This document shows positions 27,564-37,330 of a stretch of DNA of 64,000 bases, one piece after another. The stretch covers positions 1,568,001-1,632,000 of the forward strand of contig CP147780.1 in assembly GCA_037310415.1 (NCBI GenBank), given 5' to 3'. The notes below the pieces were generated by a model, which worked only from the letters and a program-made list of their open reading frames with translations, made no database searches and was not told where the DNA came from. Each line of letters begins with the position of its first letter. The stretch's first letter is position 1. This stretch comes from Candidatus Atabeyarchaeum deiterrae. GTDB taxonomy: Archaea; Asgardarchaeota; Atabeyarchaeia; Atabeyarchaeales; Atabeyarchaeaceae. Both the position numbers and the translations under genes were made by a program.

Positions 27564-28315
27564 GTGAAGGTCGTATATCACGAAGGATACCGGGAAGTCT
27601 ATGCTGACGATCCTGCTTCTGCTCCTGGCCGAATGGAATCCATACTTGAGGCACTAGGTGACTCGTTCCCAATCGTTGAGCCGGTGGAGGCTGGCGAGGA
27701 CGCATTATTACTTGTTCATACTGCAGGTCACTTGCGTTTCGTGAAGGGGCTAGGGATTGTAGACAGGATAGCTAAACTTGCTGTTGGTGGGGCATTAACT
27801 GCGGCTGAGCTCGCAATGAAAGGCGAGGCGGCATTCGCTCTCATTAGACCGCCAGGGCATCACGCCAGCGCCGATTCCTGTTGGGGATTCTGCTATTTCA
27901 ACAACGTGGCGATTGCCATCGAGAAACTTCTGAGAGAGGGACAAATAGAGAAAGCAGTGATACTGGACTTCGACTTACACTTTGGCGATGGAACTAGCAA
28001 TATCTTCACAGGGAAATCAGAGGTAGCGTATTACCATGCTCCGCGTACCAACACTGCAGAATCCATCCGAGGCTATCTCACAGAAGTCGGAGAGCGCGAC
28101 ATAATCGCTGTATCTGCCGGATTCGATAGGCACGTGGAGGATGGGGCGGAACGCTGAGAACAGAGGACTACAAGAGAATAGGAGAAATAGTAAGCGAATA
28201 CGCCAAGGAGAACACGGAAGGAAGACAGTTCGCAGCACTTGAAGGAGGGTATAATCACAAGGTTCTTGGCGTTAACGTCAAAACGTTTATTGAAGGGATG
28301 GAAAAAGGACAATAG
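27564..28315 (+). pseudogene. Histone deacetylase/AcuC-family protein interrupted by a single-base frameshift near 28142
   Basis: RPPGHHA, GFCYFNN, LDFDLHFGDGT, SAGFD up to a stop at 28157; the -1 frame continues WGGTLRTEDY...LEGGYNH...GQ* to TAG 28313-28315. Could be an assembly error. Confidence 0.8.
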
Positions 28316-28322
28316 GGCACTA

Positions 28323-29084
28323 TCACGGAAGGCGTTCTGTTCTCAGTTGATAGAGCTCTACTTTGGCGCTTTTGCAGGATTGTCGGAGCATCCCCTTTGT
28401 CTTAAGGCATATGATTGCCTTTCGAGCTTTTTTTCTTGTTAGCTCCATATATCCTTCAGCGAGCTTGCAAACCTGTCCAACGGCTTGCTCAGTGGCAGTA
28501 ACCTCAACTTCAACAACGATAGGAGTGCCATTCTTGTCGACAAGTAATAGGTCGATTCTCCCAGTCGGAGTTGGATACTCACACCCGAGTACCCTAGCGC
28601 CTTCCTCCACCATTGAAGGCTCCATTGAGATGAGTTGGGTTAACAATTCTTCCGTTGGCATCCTCTTCTGGTGAAGTGCCGTCTCGACACCCAAACTTAG
28701 CGCATTACTCAAATGATCTTCAACACTCTCAACCTTCTCTTCCAAGGCATGCGGAAAAACGGCTACGGGCCTGTCGAGATTATCTCTGACTAGGAGGATG
28801 GGCGTATTGTTGAAGTTTAGGTTCTTAGTTCCAGAGAGTGCCAAGATCATTCCTCCTCCGCTGACCACCCGCCCCCTTACCTGTGGAGGAATGCTTCGTA
28901 TGTCAGTGGCTATCTTCTCCTGATCTACATCTGTAAGTCGCAAAGCATCCACAACTATAGTCGTCACGGTTTCCTCTTTGACCTTGAGCTTCTCCAAGAG
29001 ATCCTTGGCGGAGCCAGCAGAGGAGCCTCCAGCGCCAGAATTCTTCAAATAGAGAGAGTATTTGTAGACGTTCTTTTCAGTCAT
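28323..29084 (-). CDS. Protein with C-terminal NucS-like PD-(D/E)XK domain and unknown N-terminal domain
   Basis: EE.L..LI...P..VEEG, EYPTPTGRIDLLLVD..G..IVVEVE, AVGQ. Confidence 0.72.
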   Translation of the reverse strand: MTEKNVYKYSLYLKNSGAGGSSAGSAKDLLEKLKVKEETVTTIVVDALRLTDVDQEKIATDIRSIPPQVRGRVVSGGGMILALSGTKNLNFNNTPILLVRDNLDRPVAVFPHALEEKVESVEDHLSNALSLGVETALHQKRMPTEELLTQLISMEPSMVEEGARVLGCEYPTPTGRIDLLLVDKNGTPIVVEVEVTATEQAVGQVCKLAEGYMELTRKKARKAIICLKTKGMLRQSCKSAKVELYQLRTERLP

Positions 29085-30016
29085 GGCTCATTCTCACCTC
29101 CAGATAAATGGAGTGGCGACTTAATTTGCGGAAACGAATTTGAGAGATAACGCTGCTCATGAATGAATGTTTCAACCAAGTTCTCGGTTGAGTACTCCCC
29201 TTGAGTGAATTCCTTATAGGTGGTTCTCATGCCCACTCTTTCAAACTGTGATTCCTTGCCGAAGACCTCATTCACTATCTTGGCAGAAGTCAACCCTTCT
29301 TCGTTCAATTTGACTATTCTTCTCCCGAGTTCCTCGCGTAGTAGTATTGAGGTGTCGAGAACACTCGATGCATCCATTACAGGACCAGGTACAGCGCCAA
29401 ACATGATTCGAGGAGCGAATCCCCTTATTCTCTTAAGAGATGATATCGTATGCCACTGGTTCTCATCCAAACGAGAAGCAACAGGTTTGACAGAAATAAA
29501 TAGGTCCCCAACGAAAATCCACCCTTCTTTGGGCTCAATAAGGGCTATGTGATCGAATGAGTGCCCCGGCACGTGGGCCACCTTAAATTCGTGGTTCTCC
29601 GTTTCGATTGCCTCTGGAATAGGTTTGGCGTCACTCGCGTCCGGATATCCCCATGTGAGTTCTTGATATGGATAGAGTTTAGGTCTCATCTTCATTAAAG
29701 GAATCGCGAAAGGATGCGCCAGAATTGAAACTTTCCGAGTCGACTGCAAAAGATGGTTCCCTGATATGTGATCTTCGTGGTGGTGTGTGTTAACGACGGT
29801 GCTGACGATTCTCGATTTCAGTAGGTCTACTAGTTCCTGCTTGGTGTAATTACAGCCAGTGTCGACGAGAAGGTCGTCGACCAAATATCCTGAAACCCAG
29901 TACAATGGTACGCCACCGACAGCATTGCTCATCTTGATCTGAGTGACTGCATCATCGATGACCATCGTCTTGATCACGTTGCCGCTAACCTCCGAAGACA
30001 TGCAAATACTCGACAT
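29081..30016 (-). CDS. MBL-fold metallo-hydrolase
   Basis: LVDTG, THHHEDH, PGHS.DH, FVGDLF. Confidence 0.9.
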   Translation of the reverse strand: MSSICMSSEVSGNVIKTMVIDDAVTQIKMSNAVGGVPLYWVSGYLVDDLLVDTGCNYTKQELVDLLKSRIVSTVVNTHHHEDHISGNHLLQSTRKVSILAHPFAIPLMKMRPKLYPYQELTWGYPDASDAKPIPEAIETENHEFKVAHVPGHSFDHIALIEPKEGWIFVGDLFISVKPVASRLDENQWHTISSLKRIRGFAPRIMFGAVPGPVMDASSVLDTSILLREELGRRIVKLNEEGLTSAKIVNEVFGKESQFERVGMRTTYKEFTQGEYSTENLVETFIHEQRYLSNSFPQIKSPLHLSGGENEP

Positions 30017-30138
30017 GGACTATCTTGCTTAGTTATTTCCGCGATTCAGGTGCCTTGGGCTTATAGTTGTCTTGAACTCACAATGACACACCATGAGGAA
30101 ACTGGAGACCCATTCTTTGCAGTGCATCTAGATCTCCG

Positions 30139-31476
30139 TCACCTGAGATACCCCAAGTGGTCTTTTTGGAGTTGGAGAATCTCGTCTAACATTTTCTGTG
30201 CATTGTTGACACTGTCTACTACTGGATCTGCGAGTAGGGCTTCTAGGGCTTTTTGCTTTGAGCCTGTTATTGCCGCCTCAGCGGTGAGGTCCTGAACTGT
30301 CGCTTGGTTCCTCATTAAACCTGCGAGTCCTGATGGGAGTGAACCGAGTTTGTCACCGTGCACTCCATTCCTGTCCGCTGTGGCAGGGCATTCCACAACG
30401 ATGTCTTGAGGGAGGTTGTCGATGATTCCTTCATTGGGGACATTGACTGACAGTTCACGTTGTTTAGAGTCGGTTATTATCCCTTCGATAATCGGGATTG
30501 CGCGTTCGCCGGAGGGTCTAAGCCAGAACTTTGCTGGTTTCTTGCCCTCGACTATTCTCTTTAGTTCTTTAGGCGACTCGAGGGTGAATAGTTTGTAGTT
30601 ATTGTAGAAATCGCGGCAGGCTTTGAGGTCAGCGACTTCCCATGCCCAGTGAATGTACTCGCCGAAATGGGTGTCATGTGTGTAAGGTAAGTAATTGTAC
30701 ACTCTGAGTATCTCCATCGTCAAATTCAAAGACTTATCGATTCCATACCTCAGGTCATTGGATGCGCGAACTTTCTCAAAGTAAGCTTCAGCCTTTCTCC
30801 TTATGTCGGGATAGGCATCCTTCCCCGTATCCTTGTACTTCACTTCGAGGAGTACGCCAAAATGGTTAAGTCCAGCTCCCTTGAACTCCAAGTTCGAGAA
30901 AGGCGTGTTGAGCATTTCTGGCAAGTAAGTCTCTACAAAACCAATCTCGTGACAGAGTCCAATGAATTTCACCTTTTTCCCAAACTTCTTCTTCACAGCG
31001 AGACATATTCTGCTCATGGGGTTGCTGAAATTAATTACATAGGCATTGGGGCAGATCTTCTCGACGTCCCCACAAATTTCAATTATCGGAGGGATAATTC
31101 GAAGCGAGTGGAAGAGTCCGCCTGGCCCACCGTTCTCACCAAATATCTGTCGGTTCCCGTATTTCCTGGGAACCTCGTAGTCCTGCTCCCAGAGTTTGAA
31201 CCGGTCACCGATCTCAATAGAACTAATGATGAAATCGGCGTCTTTGAACGCCTCTGGACGCGAAGTCGTTGCTTCAAGTGTGAAGTTGAGCTTCATTTCA
31301 TCAATAGCCATTTGGCAAGCTTGTCGAACCATCTCCAGTGACTTTGGATTGATGTCATGAAGGACAATAGTTCCGCCTTTGAGGATCCTGCTAATGAGAA
31401 TATCTGCAACTGTTTCAACACCAAACTGAGCGCTACCTGCACCTACCAAAACAATCCGTTTTCCTGGCATGCACAT
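30139..31476 (-). CDS. Family 4 glycoside hydrolase (NAD+/Mn-dependent alpha-glucosidase/alpha-galactosidase)
   Basis: IVLVGAGSAQF, GENGGPGG.FHSLR, NFSNPM, GLCH, AGLNHF, NVPN.G.I.NLP...VVE.P. Confidence 0.92.
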   Translation of the reverse strand: MCMPGKRIVLVGAGSAQFGVETVADILISRILKGGTIVLHDINPKSLEMVRQACQMAIDEMKLNFTLEATTSRPEAFKDADFIISSIEIGDRFKLWEQDYEVPRKYGNRQIFGENGGPGGLFHSLRIIPPIIEICGDVEKICPNAYVINFSNPMSRICLAVKKKFGKKVKFIGLCHEIGFVETYLPEMLNTPFSNLEFKGAGLNHFGVLLEVKYKDTGKDAYPDIRRKAEAYFEKVRASNDLRYGIDKSLNLTMEILRVYNYLPYTHDTHFGEYIHWAWEVADLKACRDFYNNYKLFTLESPKELKRIVEGKKPAKFWLRPSGERAIPIIEGIITDSKQRELSVNVPNEGIIDNLPQDIVVECPATADRNGVHGDKLGSLPSGLAGLMRNQATVQDLTAEAAITGSKQKALEALLADPVVDSVNNAQKMLDEILQLQKDHLGYLR

Positions 31477-31882
31477 CTTTCACCTCTCGTAATATTCGAT
31501 CTCTTAATTCCCATAGCTCTTGGGAGCATTGTCCCCAAGAGTATGGTTGTTGAGGATACTCAGAGCTTGACGATGAAGGAGGTTCAGCATGCTATATATA
31601 GATTGTTTTCTCAGCTGAGTCTTAATCTTCTTTTTTGTCAACCGATATCGACCGAGTCACATGTTCTGTTAGATACATGATGTGAATGCTTCGAATATCC
31701 TTACAATTCGTGTGCGCGATCTCAAAATCAAATGGACGAATCGCTAACAATAACCCATTTATCAGCGAAAGTCAGAGCAGAACGGGAAAAGAAGAAAAAG
31801 ACAGGTTCAACATGTCTTTTCTGGTTATTCCCGGCTAAATAGCTGGTCTCTCTACAAGACATTGGGTCATCAAAAAACGAGT

Positions 31883-31920
31883 TTTGCCCCATCAGAACCG
31901 AACGCCCTGATGGGGTGAAA
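31883..31920 (-). terminator. Stem-loop, followed on the minus strand by a T-tract, downstream of the small membrane-protein gene
   Basis: CCCCATCAG-N11-CTGATGGGG stem; minus strand continues ...CTCGTTTTTTG. Confidence 0.45.
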
Positions 31921-31955
31921 ACAACAGTATAATCAGTTGCAACTGATTACGCAGT

Positions 31956-32135
31956 CTACTTGGCTAAGCCGATTCCAAAGTTCCTCTTTATCCACTCAGA
32001 CAACCAAGTTTCCTTAGCTGCCTTATAATCAAGTGGGTGAGCTTGATCCCATTCGAAGACGCCAAATACCAATACGAGACCGATGAACAGCGAAGCAGCG
32101 AGTAAGATAAAGTCAAGGGTGATTTCATCCACCAT
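31956..32135 (-). CDS. Small single-TM protein (59 aa), below the ORF-track cutoff
   Basis: GGAGGTGA RBS upstream of ATG 32135; MVDEITLDFILLAASLFIGLVLVFGVFEWDQAHPLDYKAAKETWLSEWIKRNFGIGLAK*. Confidence 0.65.
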   Translation of the reverse strand: MVDEITLDFILLAASLFIGLVLVFGVFEWDQAHPLDYKAAKETWLSEWIKRNFGIGLAK

Positions 32136-32579
32136 TTACCATTTCACCTCCGCCTAACTTGCTGCCTTTTTTCCTGCACTCTCCCAAATGCAAAATCTTG
32201 ACATCTGGAACAGCAGATACGCTAATGCAGTGGCCAAAGGCTCTTTTTTTTTGAATCAAATATGCCACTGTCCCAAATTCTATTCAACCATCACCACTAG
32301 TATTAAAGCATATCGGATTCAAACGGTGACTGTATTAGCAGTAGTAACATCAAAGCTTTTGCAATTTCAGCGCCCAAACCGAGAAATCCACACAAATGCT
32401 ACTCTCAAGATTGGAAACCAATCTATTGAAACAACAATCTTGGCAATAGCGATTCTCAATCTCCACTGTGTCTGATTGCGGATATTTTGACATCCCGGAC
32501 ATGAGTCTTTTACTCGATTGGTTTTTTCAATGTGGTACCAAGCAATGTGAAATCTGTCATATCGAAATGCGAGGACCTG

Positions 32580-32996
32580 TCATCTACCCCAGACCTTGAA
32601 CATTCCCGGCCTATCTCGTGGTCTTTCCTCGAAACCGAACTTCTCGTAGAATTTAGAAGCATCTTTTACCGCCATTAAACCAATGAACGAATCAGTGCGG
32701 GCATGAACCTTGAGGTAATCCATAATTGCATTCATTATGCGCCTGCCAATTCCTTTCTTCTGGAACTCGGGCTGAACCATGATATCTTGAATATAGAAGA
32801 ATATGGCGCCGTCTCCAACTACTCTCCCGTAACCGATTACTCTCCCATCGAATATAACACACACCGAATAAAGAGAGTTATGCAAGCCCATTTCAGTCGG
32901 TTCGCGATCCATTTTCTCCCAACCGACTGCTTCGCGCAGTCTGTGGTATTCCTCAACAGTCGGGAGACGATCGATTAGCACGTATTCGTCACTCAC
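32580..32996 (-). CDS. GNAT family N-acetyltransferase
   Basis: IGYGRVVGDG, YIQDIMV.PEFQKKGIG, FYEKFGF. Confidence 0.92.
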   Translation of the reverse strand: MSDEYVLIDRLPTVEEYHRLREAVGWEKMDREPTEMGLHNSLYSVCVIFDGRVIGYGRVVGDGAIFFYIQDIMVQPEFQKKGIGRRIMNAIMDYLKVHARTDSFIGLMAVKDASKFYEKFGFEERPRDRPGMFKVWGR

Positions 32997-33388
32997 TTTC
33001 GCCAGCCCCGCATGTCTGTGGGAATGGAAGGGGCCTTAATGCCTTTCCAAGGTTGTCTGCTCAATTCAAGCACTTAATGGTTACGATACTATCGCTGGAA
33101 GAAATGGGTTAGTTAGTGATACAAAACAGAGTTCTCCTCCGACAGCATCTCTTTCGGTGCAACCTTGGATATAAATGAAGGTGCGAATTCGAAAAAGAAG
33201 AAGGTGATCGAACATGCGCAATCATGTTTACAGGAGATGCATGACATCGGAAACTGATAACACAAAAACGTTCAGAAATCACGGCATCAGTTGCCGTACT
33301 ACAGATTGTCCCCAGAAAGAGGTCTGAACCTCAAGAATAACTGATCTATGAACCCAGAGGTGAGACATACTTTGCTATTTGCCGCTTG

Positions 33389-33706
33389 TCATCCGAGCGC
33401 TACTATCTCCATTGCGCTCAAATTTTGGAATCTCTTGGAAGCTTCTTCACCTGCTATCTTCGGCACGATTATATCTACAGCTTCGTTGAATGCTTGAACC
33501 ATGTTGAACCCTTCTTTGTCATCGATCCATTTTGTTGCTATTTGCTCCGCGTCTTCAGCTATCTCGAATTCACTTCCTCTGTACCTCACGTAGACCCTTC
33601 TATCGTCCCATTCCATTCGCGGTCCATACAGTTCTCGATGGAGGTTTATCGAGTCAGCTATTGACAACATGGGGTTGTCTCTTCGCAATTCGTCCGTGCT
33701 CTTCAT
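33389..33706 (-). CDS. Hypothetical protein (about 105 aa)
   Basis: Likely start ATG 33706 after GAGGGG; protein-like composition; no family recognised. Confidence 0.55.
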   Translation of the reverse strand: MKSTDELRRDNPMLSIADSINLHRELYGPRMEWDDRRVYVRYRGSEFEIAEDAEQIATKWIDDKEGFNMVQAFNEAVDIIVPKIAGEEASKRFQNLSAMEIVALG

Positions 33707-34016
33707 CCTTGTCCCCTCTACTCTAATTAGAATCTTCTGAACAAAGATTCCGATTAACCAGCAAGTCTGATTCCATTCAGTTGTGCACAGCCCTCTCTTT
33801 CTATCGCTGCAGTTCTCAGTCATTTGGGTTCACTCGCGTGCGCCAACATGATCGATAATTGCTGCTTTGTTTTAAAAAAGGATGTATCCTCCCAGGAAAA
33901 CGAAAAACAAGGGATCGGAATGTCGGCTGGTTAGAGTTGACAGATTCTGTGTTGAACCAATGTGATGGACTGGAATTCTGCCTTGCTACATAATTCCGGC
34001 CCAACAGGTAGCATTA

Positions 34017-35372
34017 TCATTTCCCTCGTCTGGATTGCAGCACCATCAGCTTATCCCTTTTCCTCGTTGTTGAAAGCAATGCTGTGGCAGTTATATACGT
34101 GCTTATCAGAACCAGAGCTGAGTAGGTATAACCGTATCCATGAGGAACTGAATTCGCGAGAGGTTCAGATAGGTACGGGCTTATACCGTTCGGCACATTG
34201 AACGCGAGTTGCGTAAGCGAGTTAACTCTTCCTCGCTTGGTCTCAGGAGTGTGATCCATTGTCATTGCTCCCATCAGCGGGTTGACCATATTCATGAGGG
34301 CCTGCCTTGCAATAAACGCTATTACTGCAGGCAGAAGAACCCGAAAATAGGGAACAACGGCAAGATACGCCGCGCAAGCTATCGAAGCAAACTGACAGGT
34401 CACGGTAGTTCCAACTCTTCCAAGCCTCTTGGCCCGTTTTGCTATCCAAGGTGCTGCAAGGCCTCCCATGGCCGTCCCGAGTTCTCCTAGCAGCGCTATA
34501 GTGTAGATCACGTATTGTTGCACGGGAAATATGGCAGACCAGTAGTAGTTGAAAACTGGGACTAGGAAACCCGCACCGAATCCTATTATGCCTTGAAAAG
34601 CGATCATCTTGATGACTACACCATTTCTCCAGATGCTCGATGGCGGCTTGTAGAGTTGTTTGTGGTTCTTGGTACCTAGTTCCTTTGGACCTGGCAATTC
34701 GAGATCCTTTCTTGATTTTGAGTCTTGGAGGCTGCTTTCCCGAGGTCGACGGGAGATACTTATTAGAAACATGGGTATTGCCGCTATCAGGGCGAGGACT
34801 GCTGAAGCAAGTAGCGGCAACTGATAGTAAGTGTTTGCAGGCAATAAGGTCTGGTAGATGGCCGAGTAGATGATCAATGCCACTGTTCCGATTACACTGA
34901 ACACCATGCTGAAGGACATTGTTATGCTATATCCTTTCTCTCTCCTGTATCCTTCAGTAACATCGGCAATGACACAGTTCTGCGCGGTCCCAAGCAGCGC
35001 AAAGCCTGTTGCCTGTAATGCAGAGGAGTAGAGCAAATGCCACCACTGGGTGCTTACTGGGAGGATGAACATACCAAGAGCAGAGACAGACGCGCCCATT
35101 ATTAACATCGGTTTCCGACCGATCTTATCGGTCAGGACTCCTACTATTGGAAGCGCAACTGACATTGTTATCTGGAACACTAGGTAATACAGTGCGAAGT
35201 CTTGGTACCAATTGACAGGATCTAGGTAAATGATGAAGAACATGACAAGATTGTTGTAGACGCCGTAGCTGAGCCCGTTGAATGCCATGTTCGCTATGAG
35301 TTTGCTCATCGCAGGTTCTCTAATTATCGAAGACCACGAGGAGCTCTGTGTCTTGGGAGTATTGGAAGTCAT
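34017..35372 (-). CDS. MFS transporter
   Basis: Motif A G.LTDKIGRK, about 12 TM segments. Confidence 0.9.
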   Translation of the reverse strand: MTSNTPKTQSSSWSSIIREPAMSKLIANMAFNGLSYGVYNNLVMFFIIYLDPVNWYQDFALYYLVFQITMSVALPIVGVLTDKIGRKPMLIMGASVSALGMFILPVSTQWWHLLYSSALQATGFALLGTAQNCVIADVTEGYRREKGYSITMSFSMVFSVIGTVALIIYSAIYQTLLPANTYYQLPLLASAVLALIAAIPMFLISISRRPRESSLQDSKSRKDLELPGPKELGTKNHKQLYKPPSSIWRNGVVIKMIAFQGIIGFGAGFLVPVFNYYWSAIFPVQQYVIYTIALLGELGTAMGGLAAPWIAKRAKRLGRVGTTVTCQFASIACAAYLAVVPYFRVLLPAVIAFIARQALMNMVNPLMGAMTMDHTPETKRGRVNSLTQLAFNVPNGISPYLSEPLANSVPHGYGYTYSALVLISTYITATALLSTTRKRDKLMVLQSRRGK

Positions 35373-35581
35373 GAATATCACCGCAGTCTTGTGTTCGTCT
35401 TATAGAAACTAGAACAAGCGTAATCCTAGATAGCAGTAGCCATGGGACTCAGTGTCAAATGCCTTGATCAGCTTATTAAGTTACCTTCTTCGCCTTCGAT
35501 AGGACTGTTCGTCATATTCCAGCTAAGTAAGTCGAAGAAACAACAGTCATCCACATTTGAAGGTGCTATCTGCACTTTGAT

Positions 35582-36952
35582 TCATCTAGCTTGCGAGAGG
35601 ATCACAGCCTTGTCCTTTTTTCTCGTAGTGTAGTAGACCCATGTCGAAATGATGTATAACGTGATGAGAACGAAGAACGAGTACGCCCACCCGAAATCAG
35701 AAGGAGACGAATTGATTATTATTCCTGACAGTATTACGCTTACCCCGTTTGGCACGGTGAAAGCAATAGTCTGGGCAGCATTCACTGCTCCGCGCCTAGT
35801 CACTGGAGAATGATCCATGAGCATCGCCGAGGTCAGAGGGCTGATCATGTTCATCAAGTCCTGTCTAAGAACATAGGCTACAACGGCGAGAGGGAGATAC
35901 TGGAACCAGGGAACTGCCGAGAGGAAAACGGCGCATAGTATGGACGCACTCTGACAGGCCACTATCATACCAACTCTTCCTCCTGTCCTCCCAGCCCGCT
36001 TAGCCATCCAAGGAGCGAGCAATGCTCCTGCGACGAGTCCGCCATCTCCAAAAACAGTTATGAGTAAGACCATCCAATCGGCAAGTTTGAAAACGTCTTT
36101 CCAGTAATACGTGAACAATGGTATAATGAAGCCCGCGCCAAGCCCTATCAAGAAGTTTATCAATATGATTTTCAAGACAACACCGTTCGTTCTGAGGGAC
36201 GGAGGAGCCAAGTAGTCTCTGCCCAGATTCTTGCTAGTTCTGATCTTCGAAGCAAGATCGTCCGAAGGTTTCCTCGAGTCACTATCACTCTGTGGAGGAT
36301 AGGAAAGCTTCTGAGAACGCTCGAGCGATTCTCCTACGAAGAATATGGGTATCGCTCCTACAAACGCAAGCATTGCTGACACGAAGAGGAAAAGAACGAA
36401 ATAGGCGTTGTCAGGCAGAACCCCTTTGTAGAAGTACGAATACAAGGTGAGAGAAACAGTTCCGGCGGTGCTGAATAGTAGCTGGCTTGCCATCATCAGA
36501 CTATAGGATTTCTCCCTCCGATATCCGTGGGAGACGTCGGCCACCATCGATGACTGAGCTGGCGCAACGAGGGCATTGCCCAATGATGATATTGCACCTG
36601 GGATTAGCAAATGCCACCAGACTGTCGAGAGAGGAGTCATGAACGAACTGAGAGCTATGAGCGCCACACCTATTCTTAAGACCCATTTCCTTCCGACCCT
36701 GTCTATGAGCATCCCCGCAGGAATAATAATGAACCCGAAACTCAGATTCGAAACCAAATACCATATTCCATAGTGTGCAATGTAGAGTACTGAATCATAG
36801 CCGTCTAAATACGAAAGGAAGAGCATCGAAAAAACGTTATAGATTCCATATGAAAGACCAAAGAAGGCTTGCGATAGAACCAGCTTGCCCATTGTTGGGT
36901 CGTGAAGTATTGACGACCATGAGGTGGGCTGTTTGTATTGCTTTGTGGACAT
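35582..36952 (-). CDS. MFS transporter, tandem paralogue
   Basis: G.LIDRVGRK; shares GYRREK.YS, NGVV.K, APW.AKRA, MDH.P...RG with the neighbour. Confidence 0.9.
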   Translation of the reverse strand: MSTKQYKQPTSWSSILHDPTMGKLVLSQAFFGLSYGIYNVFSMLFLSYLDGYDSVLYIAHYGIWYLVSNLSFGFIIIPAGMLIDRVGRKWVLRIGVALIALSSFMTPLSTVWWHLLIPGAISSLGNALVAPAQSSMVADVSHGYRREKSYSLMMASQLLFSTAGTVSLTLYSYFYKGVLPDNAYFVLFLFVSAMLAFVGAIPIFFVGESLERSQKLSYPPQSDSDSRKPSDDLASKIRTSKNLGRDYLAPPSLRTNGVVLKIILINFLIGLGAGFIIPLFTYYWKDVFKLADWMVLLITVFGDGGLVAGALLAPWMAKRAGRTGGRVGMIVACQSASILCAVFLSAVPWFQYLPLAVVAYVLRQDLMNMISPLTSAMLMDHSPVTRRGAVNAAQTIAFTVPNGVSVILSGIIINSSPSDFGWAYSFFVLITLYIISTWVYYTTRKKDKAVILSQAR

Positions 36953-37305
36953 TATTGCTGGCTCCCTACGGCTGACTCTCTCGAATAAGATGCAAATTGA
37001 AGTATTGCAGAACCAGATTTCGCAGTTCTAATAATTGGGATATCTATTAAAGCTTCCTTCTGCCTAGCCTCGACTACCTCTCCGCTTCCTTTCTCAACAG
37101 AAAGGGTTGTCTTGCCCACCCACCAGAATGTTCATTGTCTCTTTGGGAAATGGATCTCTTCCCGACTTCCTTTTGGCGGAATAGTCATTAATTCCTTCTT
37201 CGAGTGGGACCCTCTGGCAACATCTTGCAGAAGCCTCTTTCCACTCTCACGTCTTTCTGGGTGCTGTATATACATTGGAGGAGGTATAGCGCCAGTGAAC
37301 AAACT

Positions 37306-37330
37306 TATATACTTGGAAATACGGTATATA
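37306..37330 (+). promoter_or_regulatory. TATA box with inverted repeat TATATAC-N11-GTATATA in front of a probably leaderless PhoU-type gene
   Basis: TTATATA about 25 nt upstream of ATG 37330; the palindrome spans TATA to the start. Confidence 0.4.

Noticed and set aside
28239-28442. 67-aa plus-strand ORF as the HDAC continuation
   Set aside because: Wrong frame; the true continuation with LEGGY is in another frame ending at 28315.
33214-33327. 37-aa plus-strand ORF with AAGGTGA upstream
   Set aside because: No motif or other support; too short to call.
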